DNA of 37,490 nucleotides. Origin: a virus. Its lineage: Duplodnaviria > Caudoviricetes. The notes below the pieces were generated by a model. That model worked only from the letters and a program-made list of their open reading frames with translations. It was not told the origin of the DNA and made no database searches. How positions within the stretch are numbered: position 1 is the stretch's first letter; every line of letters begins with the position of its first letter. Location of the stretch: IMG/VR virus record IMGVR_UViG_3300024254_000007, positions 1-37,490 of that record. One strand, given 5' to 3'. Positions 1-8,014 of this stretch are shown one piece after another. The translations under genes and the position numbers were made by a program.

Positions 1-127
1 GAATGCCGCCGACGCCAAGAGCCCCGCGTGCCCGACGTGCAAGGGCCGGGCGACCTTGTGCAAGCCGGGCACGGAGAAAATTACCGGCTTGCTGCAATTG
101 CGCCCGCGCTTTCGGCGCGACGTCGAC
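1..127 (+). repeat. Terminal direct repeat, copy 1 (circularity overlap)
   Basis: 1-127 is identical to 37364-37490 and falls mid-gene. Confidence 0.95.
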
Positions 128-889
128 ACGTGGGAAATGATGGGCTCGGAGGCCGGGTTGATTGCGCTCGTGTGCGAGCTCGTCACGCCGGGCGACCTCA
201 TCGTGGCCGAGGGCCGCGGCGCCCGCTCCCGGGACGCCGATTTCGGCGACGTCAACAAAACCGTCAAGATGGCGCAAAAGAGCGCGCAAACCGACGCCGT
301 GTTGCGTTTCGGCGGCCTCTCGGAAATTTTCACGCAAGACCTCGAGGACCTGCCCGGATGGGCCCGCGAGGGCGAGGAGGCGCCCGCCACGTTCGAGCAA
401 CCCAAGCGGCAAGCCGCCGAGTCCAAGGCGGCGCCGGCGCCTCGAGCGCCCCAGCAAGGCGACCTCGCCGACGCGCTCCGCCGGTCGGTCGCCGAGGCCG
501 CCGCCAAAAAGGCCGCCGCCGAGGGCGCACGCCCGGCGGCCCCGCGGCCCGCGAGCGCGAGCGCGGCGCCCGCCGACGAGGCCCGGCCCGACGACGCGTT
601 GAGCAAGGCACGGGTCGGGCGCTTGATGGCGCTCGTGCATGAGGCCGTCGAGGCCGCCGACGTGCCGACCGACGCACACGAGGAGATGTTTACCCGCGCG
701 CTTGACTGGCTCCGCGGGTGGGTCGCGACGACGCAAGGCCGCCGCCATTTGGCGCACGCCTCGTACCGCCAGTACGACGCGCTGTGCGACCAGGTCGGCC
801 CCGCCGTCGAGGCCGCCTTGCACGGCGAGCGCCGGCCCGCCCCGCGCCTCGTGCGGCGCTCCTACTCGCCGCCGCGGCGCCGCTCCTAA
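1..889 (+). CDS. Putative single-strand annealing protein/recombinase, 3' part (starts at 37125 and wraps the origin; about 375 aa)
   Basis: Frame continuous across the overlap; motifs LCKPGTEK, NKTVKMAQKSAQTDA and SEIFTQDLED typical of a phage SSAP-like family; adjacent to a nuclease. Confidence 0.65.
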   Translation, partial: NAADAKSPACPTCKGRATLCKPGTEKITGLLQLRPRFRRDVDTWEMMGSEAGLIALVCELVTPGDLIVAEGRGARSRDADFGDVNKTVKMAQKSAQTDAVLRFGGLSEIFTQDLEDLPGWAREGEEAPATFEQPKRQAAESKAAPAPRAPQQGDLADALRRSVAEAAAKKAAAEGARPAAPRPASASAAPADEARPDDALSKARVGRLMALVHEAVEAADVPTDAHEEMFTRALDWLRGWVATTQGRRHLAHASYRQYDALCDQVGPAVEAALHGERRPAPRLVRRSYSPPRRRS

Positions 890-901
890 AGTAGGCGGGC
901 G

Positions 902-1006
902 ATGGTAACGCTCCTGTTTCGACAGTGTGCCCGTCGTCGCTGGCGTCGTCGGGTTGAGCGGTGGCTTAACCGCCAAGCCAGGCGCGAGGATTCACGCTGG
1001 CGATGA
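902..1006 (+). CDS. Small Arg/Trp-rich peptide (34 aa)
   Basis: MVTLLFRQCARRRWRRR...; fills the gap and its stop overlaps the next ATG (ATGA). Confidence 0.4.
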   Translation: MVTLLFRQCARRRWRRRVERWLNRQARREDSRWR

Positions 1007-1692
1007 CCGGGCCGGTTGATACCGTCGATGGTGCCACGCCCCGCGTGCTGGCGTTCAACGCGGTCGACCATACGTATTGGGTTGACGGCGAGCTCAAACC
1101 GAGCGTGACGCAATTGCTCGACGCCGCCGGCATGACGCCGGACTATTCGGTCGTGCAACCGCACGTCTTACAGCACGCCCGCGAGCGCGGTATCCACATT
1201 GACGCATGTTGCGACCTCCTCGACGCCGACGACCTCGACTGGCGGAGCGTGGATCCCGAGGCGTTGCCCTATGTCGAGGCGTGGCTCGCGTTTCGCGAAT
1301 ACGAGGGCTACACGCCGCTTGCCGGGCAAGTGCCGCTCTATCATCCCGTCTACGGCTACGCGGGCACCGCCGATAGCGTCGGCGTGCTCCCGGGCGCCCG
1401 GCCAACGATTGTCGAGCGCAAGGCCACGACCCGCATGGCGCCGACCTATGCGCTCCAAACCGCCGGCTACGGGCTCGATGGCATGCTGTACGCGCCGCCC
1501 GGGGGCGGCGTGCTGGCGCCCGTGCCTTGGTCGGCGCCGTGTCGCCTCGGCGTGCAATTGCTCCGTGACGGCAAATATCGGCTCGTGCCCTACGAGGATC
1601 CCGAGGATTTGACGGCCTTTCTCGGCGTCGTGCTCCTCGGGCGGTGGCGGGCCGCCCGCCGCGGCTTGCCAACGGCCCGCCCGGCGCGTTAG
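1003..1692 (+). CDS. PD-(D/E)XK (Cas4/RecB-like) exonuclease
   Basis: PSVTQLL, ERGIHID, YAGTAD...VERK and LQTAGY motifs; pairs with the SSAP. Confidence 0.8.
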   Translation: MTGPVDTVDGATPRVLAFNAVDHTYWVDGELKPSVTQLLDAAGMTPDYSVVQPHVLQHARERGIHIDACCDLLDADDLDWRSVDPEALPYVEAWLAFREYEGYTPLAGQVPLYHPVYGYAGTADSVGVLPGARPTIVERKATTRMAPTYALQTAGYGLDGMLYAPPGGGVLAPVPWSAPCRLGVQLLRDGKYRLVPYEDPEDLTAFLGVVLLGRWRAARRGLPTARPAR

Positions 1693-1703
1693 CGTTACAG
1701 CGT

Positions 1704-1970
1704 ATGGCGACCAAGGGACGCGGGTCGAATGGCGCGCCCCGCGACCTACTCGCGCGGCGCCTCCTCGGCTTGGAACGCGGGCAAGCCGTGACGAATCAGC
1801 GCCTCGGGCACCTCGAGGCGCTCGTGGACGTGACCAACGAGCGCCTCGCGGGCGTCGAGCGGCTCGCCGAGGTCCTCGTCGACGAGCTCCGCGGCTTGCG
1901 CCGCGACTTGGGCGACGTGGCCGACCTCCGCCGCCGCGTCGAGGTCCTCGAGGGGCGGGCGCAAGGGTGA
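1704..1970 (+). CDS. Small coiled-coil hypothetical protein
   Basis: Heptad Leu pattern; stop overlaps the next GTG. Confidence 0.6.
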   Translation: MATKGRGSNGAPRDLLARRLLGLERGQAVTNQRLGHLEALVDVTNERLAGVERLAEVLVDELRGLRRDLGDVADLRRRVEVLEGRAQG

Positions 1971-2263
1971 CGCTCGTGCATGAGCTCCCCGATCCGGGGC
2001 CGCCCCGAATCCTCGGCGTCAATCGGCGCACGTATCCCAAGCAAGGGGCCGAATACCCCGAGCACGGTGGATTCGACCGCGAGGGCTGTACCGTCCTCGT
2101 CGTGCTCGTCGCCGGCGACCCGCGCGTCGGCAATTACGCGGCGTATGCGGGCGCTGGGTCGCCCGAATGGGTCGCCCGCCACGGCAACAAGCTATCTTTC
2201 GCCGAGGCATGCGTCCACTTTCCCGGCGGCCAGCTCGAGGCCGACCGCTACCGGGAGCGCTAG
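1967..2263 (+). CDS. Hypothetical protein
   Basis: Coupled start; protein-like composition. Confidence 0.6.
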   Translation: MTLVHELPDPGPPRILGVNRRTYPKQGAEYPEHGGFDREGCTVLVVLVAGDPRVGNYAAYAGAGSPEWVARHGNKLSFAEACVHFPGGQLEADRYRER

Positions 2264-2481
2264 GGCTCGGCGGCGTCGTCCTCGAGGCGCTCGAGCGCGT
2301 CGGCGGCGAGCGCCTCGAGGACGTCGGCCGGGAGGGCCCCGGTTACGTCGAGCTCGCCGAGGCGCACGATAAGGTCAACCGACGCGGGCTCGGGCGCCGA
2401 CCATAGCGTACCCGTGCGGCCCCGCACGGCGTCGAGGATTTCAACGGCGAGCTCGAGCTCGACCTCGGTTGTGTAGCGCAT
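2260..2481 (-). CDS. Acidic hypothetical protein
   Basis: Last gene of the minus-strand operon; convergent with 1967-2263. Confidence 0.55.
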   Translation of the reverse strand: MRYTTEVELELAVEILDAVRGRTGTLWSAPEPASVDLIVRLGELDVTGALPADVLEALAADALERLEDDAAEP

Positions 2482-2484
2482 GCG

Positions 2485-2679
2485 TCAGTCGCCGACGTCG
2501 CGCGCTTGCTCAAGGTCGTGCACGAGGGCGCGGAGATACTCGTGTAGGATGGCGCGTTGGGCTTGGAGCAATTGCTTGTCGAGCCGGCGGAGGTACGCTT
2601 GCAAGTGCTTGACGGCAAAGTCGAGCCGCTCCGCCAGCGCGCGTTGCTCCTCGTACCACTCGCCCGGGTCGTTCGCCAT
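2485..2679 (-). CDS. Helical hypothetical protein (MANDPGEW...)
   Basis: ATG overlaps the HNH stop (TAATG). Confidence 0.6.
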   Translation of the reverse strand: MANDPGEWYEEQRALAERLDFAVKHLQAYLRRLDKQLLQAQRAILHEYLRALVHDLEQARDVGD

Positions 2680-3215
2680 TAGCCGAGTTGGTCGTGCACG
2701 AGGTTTGGTGGGAAATTCAGGCGAGCATGGTCGCCCCATGCCACGCGCAGGGAAGCGTCAACGGCTCGCGCTGCCGCCTCCTCGTCGGCGAAGCGCCCGA
2801 GGTAATGCCGCACGCCACGCGCGACGACGACGGCGCGCCACTTGCCGCGGTGCCAGATCACGCCCCGATACCGGCTTGACGTGCCGAAATGCCGCTGGTT
2901 GGCGTGATTCTCGGCGGGCGATACGAGGCGCAAGTTGGGGCGGCGGTTATCGAGCGTGTCGCCGTTCTTGTGGTCGACGTGCAAGTGCGGCGGCGCGTCG
3001 AGCAAGAACCGATGCAAGAGGACCAGGCCACCGCCCCGGCGTCCGGTTGCGGCATAGGGCCAATGGGCGCCAGCGCGAAAGAGGCACCACCGCAACGGGG
3101 CGACACGCGGCCAATCGCGCTCGTCAATGAGCGTCGAGGCCCCTTGCGTGAGCGGCACGCGCACGCCGTCGGCGAGCACCTCGACGGGCGGCCGCGGGAG
3201 TGGCGGGCGACCCAT
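2679..3215 (-). CDS. HNH-AP2 homing endonuclease
   Basis: LHRFLL...VDHKNGDTLDNRRPNL HNH motif, then SRYRGV...W...YLGRF..EEAAARA AP2 domain; ATG overlaps the TerL-N stop. Confidence 0.92.
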   Translation of the reverse strand: MGRPPLPRPPVEVLADGVRVPLTQGASTLIDERDWPRVAPLRWCLFRAGAHWPYAATGRRGGGLVLLHRFLLDAPPHLHVDHKNGDTLDNRRPNLRLVSPAENHANQRHFGTSSRYRGVIWHRGKWRAVVVARGVRHYLGRFADEEAAARAVDASLRVAWGDHARLNFPPNLVHDQLG

Positions 3216-3913
3216 TATCCTAGTTGATCCATGACTAAATCTTTGAAGAAGCCCGGGCCCGCCGAGCTCACGGCCGTGAGGCGCCCGCCGCCCTCGATGG
3301 TCGGGCGGAGCGCGACCCATGTCTCAAAGGCGTGATCCCAAAACGCGACCTCATCGGCGAGCACGCTCGTAAAGGTGTGCTGCCGCGCTTGCTCCTCGCC
3401 CTCGCCGAGCGCCACGATCTCCGAGCCATTGGGAAAGCGGAGAAAGCCAATGGAGTACTCGACCTCGACCGCGGGAAACGTCGGCGGCAAGTGGTCGTGG
3501 ATGAATTTCGCCCGCCGCACGAGCTCCGCCGACCCCTCCGTCTCCGTCTTGCCGAGTTTGCGCGCCATGAACGCGACCTTGGCATGCGGCGAGAACCGCG
3601 CGAGCCAGTAGTTGGCGGCGACAAAGAGCCAGGTAATCACCATGCGGCGCGATTTCGGCACGGCCAAGATGGGATGCTCTTGCCACCGCCGCACGAGGAG
3701 CTCGGCGTACTCATGCGCGGGGTAGCGCCGCACGCGGCCCGTCACCTCGTCCCGCGTCCAGACGCAATCCCGCACAAACGCCCACGGGTCGCCGGCGGGC
3801 CCGTAGGCGCCGAGCATTTTGCGTTGCTCGAGCAGCAAGCGCGCCGCGGCGCGCATGGCTAAGGGATGGTCGGGCCCGAGGACGCGGCCCGCACCGGCGC
3901 CGGGTTGCGGCAT
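3215..3913 (-). CDS. terL: Terminase large subunit, N-terminal ATPase half
   Basis: Walker A-like PKSRRMVITW, FPNGSEI, Walker B VLADE, motif III VSS; no nuclease domain. Confidence 0.85.
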   Translation of the reverse strand: MPQPGAGAGRVLGPDHPLAMRAAARLLLEQRKMLGAYGPAGDPWAFVRDCVWTRDEVTGRVRRYPAHEYAELLVRRWQEHPILAVPKSRRMVITWLFVAANYWLARFSPHAKVAFMARKLGKTETEGSAELVRRAKFIHDHLPPTFPAVEVEYSIGFLRFPNGSEIVALGEGEEQARQHTFTSVLADEVAFWDHAFETWVALRPTIEGGGRLTAVSSAGPGFFKDLVMDQLG

Positions 3914-3949
3914 TGGCGGGCCCTTGTAGCGCGGCGCCCGGGGGCTCGC

Positions 3950-4153
3950 CTAGGCGTCGGTATGCTCGAGGCGCGCGAGGAGGCGTTTCAGCATGAGCCC
4001 GAGGAGTGGCCGCACGGCGTCGCCGAGCTCCTCGGGCGCGACCGCCATGGTCGACCCCCGAAGCCAGGCCGCCCGGCCGGCATGCTCGACCTCGAGCACG
4101 AGCCGCACGCGATAGCGCACGGCGAGCTCGGCGAGCGCCTCCTCGCGTGTCAT
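3950..4153 (-). CDS. Hypothetical protein
   Basis: GAGGAG upstream; fits the operon. Confidence 0.55.
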   Translation of the reverse strand: MTREEALAELAVRYRVRLVLEVEHAGRAAWLRGSTMAVAPEELGDAVRPLLGLMLKRLLARLEHTDA

Positions 4154-4186
4154 GGCTCCTCGAGGAGCAGGCGCACGACCGGCACG

Positions 4187-4402
4187 CTACCAATTCCCGC
4201 CGGCGGTCTCGGCCTCGCCAAACGTACACGGGCCGCACAGGCCGACCTCGCACACCGTCGGCGCCGCGCCGCATGCATCGCACGCGCCGGTCCAATCCGG
4301 ATCGGTACACGGGCGCGTGTTGCCGTGCGCGCGGCACCGCGGGAGGCGCGCCCAATATGCCGCGTCGCGCCCGGGCACGCGCACCTCATGGGTACGGCTC
4401 AC
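4187..4402 (-). CDS. Cys-rich putative Zn-binding protein
   Basis: GTG overlaps the upstream stop; CDAC...C...CGPC. Confidence 0.5.
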   Translation of the reverse strand: MSRTHEVRVPGRDAAYWARLPRCRAHGNTRPCTDPDWTGACDACGAAPTVCEVGLCGPCTFGEAETAGGNW

Positions 4403-4590
4403 GGCTCCTCGAGGAGCTCGCGCGCCGTTTCCCACGGCTGCGGCTCCATGCTCCCGAGCACGGCGACCGTCCCGGGTAGGAATACGCCCGGGCCGCCGCG
4501 CACGGCCTCGAGCGGGCCGGGGCCGACGTCGACTAAGTACCACGGCCCGCGGGCGTGCTCGAGCGCCTCGGCGACGTTGCCCGGCCTCAT
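4399..4590 (-). CDS. Hypothetical protein
   Basis: ATGA-coupled to the upstream gene. Confidence 0.5.
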   Translation of the reverse strand: MRPGNVAEALEHARGPWYLVDVGPGPLEAVRGGPGVFLPGTVAVLGSMEPQPWETARELLEEP

Positions 4591-4766
4591 GGCGCGCCGG
4601 CCTCGGGCCGCCGCACGAGCCGCGCCGTGCCCCACCGCCGCGCCGCCCGCGCGAGGGCCGGCGTGTGCCAGCTGACGCGCATGTAGGGGTCGCCCTCGAG
4701 GAGCATGGCGCGGAGCACGGGCGCGAGCGCCGCAGGGATCCGCCCGGCGGGCGGCTCGCGGCTCAT
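4587..4766 (-). CDS. Hypothetical protein
   Basis: ATGA-coupled to the TerS stop. Confidence 0.5.
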   Translation of the reverse strand: MSREPPAGRIPAALAPVLRAMLLEGDPYMRVSWHTPALARAARRWGTARLVRRPEAGAP

Positions 4767-5458
4767 GGCTCGCCGTCCGCGGGCGCCGGGAGCGCGCCGA
4801 CGATGCCCTCGAGCCGCGCCGGCCATTCGCCGCGGGTCGAGAACGCCTCCAGCTCGGCGTCGGAGAGCTGCTCGAGCACATGAATCTGATACGACGCCGA
4901 GCGCACCACCTTGTCGCCCGACGTGGTCAACACCAAGTCGGCCGCCCGAATGGCGTCGGCGTCGCGGCGCGCCCGCCCCAGCCGCTCGCCGCTCGCCCGG
5001 TCCTTCCGCCCGCCCGCGAGCTCGGCCAAATGCTCCATCACGGTCGGCGCCGCGGCCTTCGCCTGCGCCGCCACGCCAAACTCGCCGCGCATGACGCGCT
5101 CGAGTTGCGCCGCGCGCACCAGCTCGATCAGGCGCTTCACCGCGGGATGCTGCAACGCTTGCTTGGCCGCTTGCTCCCGCGTGTAGCCGATCGCCCGCGC
5201 AATCGACGCGATGTCATAGCCGCCCAAGTAGAGCATGCCGACCGACCACAACCGCGCCGGCGTCGACCGGCGCAGCTCCTCCATGCTCATGCTCGCGCAC
5301 GCTTCCAGCCACGCCTGCGCCTTCGCCTTGCGCTCCGCCCGCGTCCGCTTCTCCGCCGCCTGCATGACGGCGACCCGCTCGGCCAACACGTCGGGCGGGA
5401 TCGCCCCCGGCCGATAGGTCCCGGGCCCCGTCCGCCGGTCGCGTGCCGCGTCGCCCAT
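4763..5458 (-). CDS. terS: Putative terminase small subunit
   Basis: HTH IARAIGYTREQAAKQALQHPAVKRLI resembles TerS N-domains; helical oligomerisation region; C-terminal LSDAELE; upstream of TerL-N. Confidence 0.65.
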   Translation of the reverse strand: MGDAARDRRTGPGTYRPGAIPPDVLAERVAVMQAAEKRTRAERKAKAQAWLEACASMSMEELRRSTPARLWSVGMLYLGGYDIASIARAIGYTREQAAKQALQHPAVKRLIELVRAAQLERVMRGEFGVAAQAKAAAPTVMEHLAELAGGRKDRASGERLGRARRDADAIRAADLVLTTSGDKVVRSASYQIHVLEQLSDAELEAFSTRGEWPARLEGIVGALPAPADGEP

Positions 5459-5675
5459 CGCGGACCCCGCTAGCACACCCGCCGGGTCTAGGGCGAGCGG
5501 CCCGGCCGCCGGGGCATCGTTAGGTCGTGGCCGTCGGGACGGCGCCGCGGTCCGGCCCGTGCACGGCGGGGGCCGGCCCGGGTAGCACGCTCGCGCGACG
5601 CGCTCGCTCACCCCCGCTACCGCGGGGCTGGCGGCCGGGCCCTGGCTTGCTCGCTTGCTAGCTCGCTGGCTGGCT

Positions 5676-5711
5676 GGGATGCGGGCGCCCGCGCGGGATG
5701 CGGGCGCCCGC
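5676..5711. repeat. Two 17-bp direct repeats GGGATGCGGGCGCCCGC, each with a 12-bp palindrome
   Basis: 5676-5692 and 5695-5711. Confidence 0.85.
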
Positions 5712-5742
5712 AGCGGGGACCCTCCGGCGGGCCCGGGGCCCT

Positions 5743-5768
5743 GCTAGCTGGCTAGGGAGCCAGCTAGC
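5743..5768. repeat. Perfect 11-bp inverted repeat GCTAGCTGGCT-AGGG-AGCCAGCTAGC
   Basis: Read directly; non-coding region upstream of terS. Confidence 0.85.
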
Positions 5769-6089
5769 CTGACAGTGCTGGTGTGAGGTGCCGGGGGTCG
5801 GTGCGAGCGGAGCCCCGGAGGGGCGGAGCGGCTATCCCTCGCGGGCCGCGAGCCCCCGCCGGCGATTGGCTACCAACCTAGTACCCTAGCCCTCGCGGGC
5901 GGAACCCCACGCGGGCGGATTGGGGAGGAACCGAGCGGCCTACCACGGGGGGCCAGGGGCGTGGTCTGGTCCGGATGCGCGGGTCCACGGGGAGGCTAGT
6001 TCGAGGGCCAAGCCCGGACTGGCCTCTCGATTGGAGCCCCGTGGCGGTGTTGGAATGGACAAGTAGCATGCCCGTCAAGGCACGGTGCG

Positions 6090-6377
6090 TCATGGTGAGG
6101 GTGTCGGGGGGGTGCGGAGGCGGGTGCGGGCATTGCGGACGGCGCGGGAGGGGGTCTGGCCGGCGCCGAGGAAGGTGCCGGCGGTGGTGCGGACGGTCCA
6201 GTAGGGGCGGGTTGGGGTCGGGGGGTCGAGGGAGGCGTGGTAGTGCGTGAGCCACCGGGCGGGGTCGAACCGGGCGAACCGGCCGCGGGGGCGGGGGGCG
6301 GCGCTCCGGGCACGATCGCGGGCCCGGACGGCGTCCCAGCCGACGAGGCGACTGCCGTCGGCGCGTCCGCGGCGCAT
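6090..6377 (-). CDS. Basic hypothetical protein, RPYWTV paralog 1
   Basis: Shares PPTxxRPYWTV...GxFL with the neighbouring ORF. Confidence 0.55.
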   Translation of the reverse strand: MRRGRADGSRLVGWDAVRARDRARSAAPRPRGRFARFDPARWLTHYHASLDPPTPTRPYWTVRTTAGTFLGAGQTPSRAVRNARTRLRTPPTPSP

Positions 6378-6387
6378 GCTGGCGTCT

Positions 6388-6630
6388 CTAGCAGGGGGCG
6401 TGGCGGGCGCGGAGGATGGCGGCCCGGGGGGAGCGGGCGGCGGCGAGAAAGCGGCCGCGCTGCCAGACGGTCCAATAGGGCCGGCGGGCGGTGGGGGGCT
6501 CCAAGCGCGCGCCGAGGCGGCGGAGCAGCGCGGTCAAGTCGGCGTCGCTGGGCCGGTCGGGGCGGGGGAGCCAGGCGGCGCGGCCGTGGTCGCGGGTGCG
6601 GAGCGCCTCGAGCGAGCGGTGCCGCGCCAT
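6388..6630 (-). CDS. Basic hypothetical protein, RPYWTV paralog 2
   Basis: Shares the motif with 6090-6377. Confidence 0.55.
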   Translation of the reverse strand: MARHRSLEALRTRDHGRAAWLPRPDRPSDADLTALLRRLGARLEPPTARRPYWTVWQRGRFLAAARSPRAAILRARHAPC

Positions 6631-7013
6631 CCCGCGGCCCCTCGTAGCACGGTTTTCGCACGGGAACAGCCGCGACGGGCCGAAAAATCGCGTGTTTCCT
6701 CCGCGCGAGGCCGCCGAAACCCCGAACGGAGGGAAACACGGCCCCGATGGCGCGCCTCGAGGCCAATTCGGGCCCGGGAGCGTCACAGAAACCGGCCTAA
6801 CGAGCCGATTTTGCGCACATCGAGGCCGGGGGTCGTGCCAACCCCTCGAGGCAGGCGATTTCGGGGGGCTTGACGACCCCCGGGGGCGACTGGCAGACGG
6901 GCCCGCCCGGAAGTGGCCTCTATCTACCGCCCCCGGGTCGACCGACCGACACTTGGCGCCGCCCCCGGCGTCTCCCCGGCGGTCGGTCGACCCCTCCCCC
7001 CGCGCGCGGCGCC

Positions 7014-7409
7014 ATGAGCGGCCCCGGGAGCGGCCCGGGCGGCGCCCCGCAAGTCGTCATCCCGGGCTCGGGGTGGGTCGACGTCGCCTCGCGGGCGATT
7101 GTGCAGGTCGGGTTTCCGGTCGTGGTCGCCGGCGTCCTCTTGTGGTTCCTCTTGACGCGCTTCGAGGGCACCATGACGACGATCACGGCCCGGATGGCGG
7201 CCAATACCGAAGCCGCGGGGCGTTTGGTCGACTCCGCCGCGCTCGAATTCGCCGAAATTCAGCGCCAATCGGGCGAATTGACGCGGCAAACCGCGCTCTT
7301 GCAGCAAATCGCCGACGACAGCAAGACGATCACGGCCACGCGGGCCCGCGAGCTCGAGGAATTGCAGGGGATTGCGCGCCGGATGCCGCACACAGAGGCC
7401 CCGCGGTGA
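7014..7409 (+). CDS. Putative holin (single TM plus coiled coil; YvrJ/BhlA-like)
   Basis: QVGFPVVVAGVLLWFLL TM segment; directly upstream of the endolysin. Confidence 0.6.
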   Translation: MSGPGSGPGGAPQVVIPGSGWVDVASRAIVQVGFPVVVAGVLLWFLLTRFEGTMTTITARMAANTEAAGRLVDSAALEFAEIQRQSGELTRQTALLQQIADDSKTITATRARELEELQGIARRMPHTEAPR

Positions 7410-7882
7410 CCTGGCGCCTCGCGAAGGCGCTCGGGGGCCGCGCCGACGAGGGCTTGCTCGGCGAAATCAACGCCGCGGCCCCGACTCGGTCGAAAGCGAG
7501 CGACGGCGGCATCGGCGACCCGCGCCACGCGGCCCGGACGAGCGACCACAACCCGTGCACGTGTTGCCGGGTCGTCTGCGCGCGGGATTTCACCCACGAC
7601 CCGGCCGGCGGCTTCGATTCCTACGCCTTTGCGGACTGGCTCCGCGGCCGCGTCATGTCCGGCGCCGAGCCGCGCGTCCGCTACGTGATCTCCAACGGCA
7701 AGATCTTCTCGGGCGCCGGGCAGTCGCATGCCGCCGGCTTCTGGCGCCCCTACACGGGCAGCAACACGCATGCCCACCATGTGCATGTGAGCGTCCGCCA
7801 CGGGGCGGACACCTATGATGATGTGCGCCCGTGGGGCTGGCCGCCGGCCCCCGAGGCGCCCGAGGGAGGATCCCCGCCATGA
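7406..7882 (+). CDS. Endolysin, M15-like zinc peptidase
   Basis: SDGGIGDPRH, SDHNP, ARD and HAHHVHVS motifs; GTG overlaps the holin stop. Confidence 0.8.
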   Translation: MTWRLAKALGGRADEGLLGEINAAAPTRSKASDGGIGDPRHAARTSDHNPCTCCRVVCARDFTHDPAGGFDSYAFADWLRGRVMSGAEPRVRYVISNGKIFSGAGQSHAAGFWRPYTGSNTHAHHVHVSVRHGADTYDDVRPWGWPPAPEAPEGGSPP

Positions 7883-8010
7883 CGAAGCGCCCCGAGGACG
7901 AGGAGATACCGCCGCCGCCCCCGCCCGATGACGAGGACGCGCTGAAGCGCCTCGAGGACCTGGAGCCCGAGCCCAAAGACGAGCCCGAGCCCGAGGACGC
8001 CGGCGCGTAG
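7879..8010 (+). CDS. Small acidic Pro/Glu-rich protein (43 aa)
   Basis: GGAGG upstream; ATGA overlap. Confidence 0.5.
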   Translation: MTKRPEDEEIPPPPPPDDEDALKRLEDLEPEPKDEPEPEDAGA

Positions 8011-8014
8011 CGCC

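Noticed and set aside
1003-1692. CRISPR-associated Cas4
   Set aside because: No Fe-S cysteine set and no cas context; fits a phage recombination exonuclease next to an SSAP
6204-6225. G-quadruplex motif GGGGCGGGTTGGGGTCGGGGGG
   Set aside because: Explained by Pro/Thr codons of the minus-strand ORF; G-runs are common at this GC content
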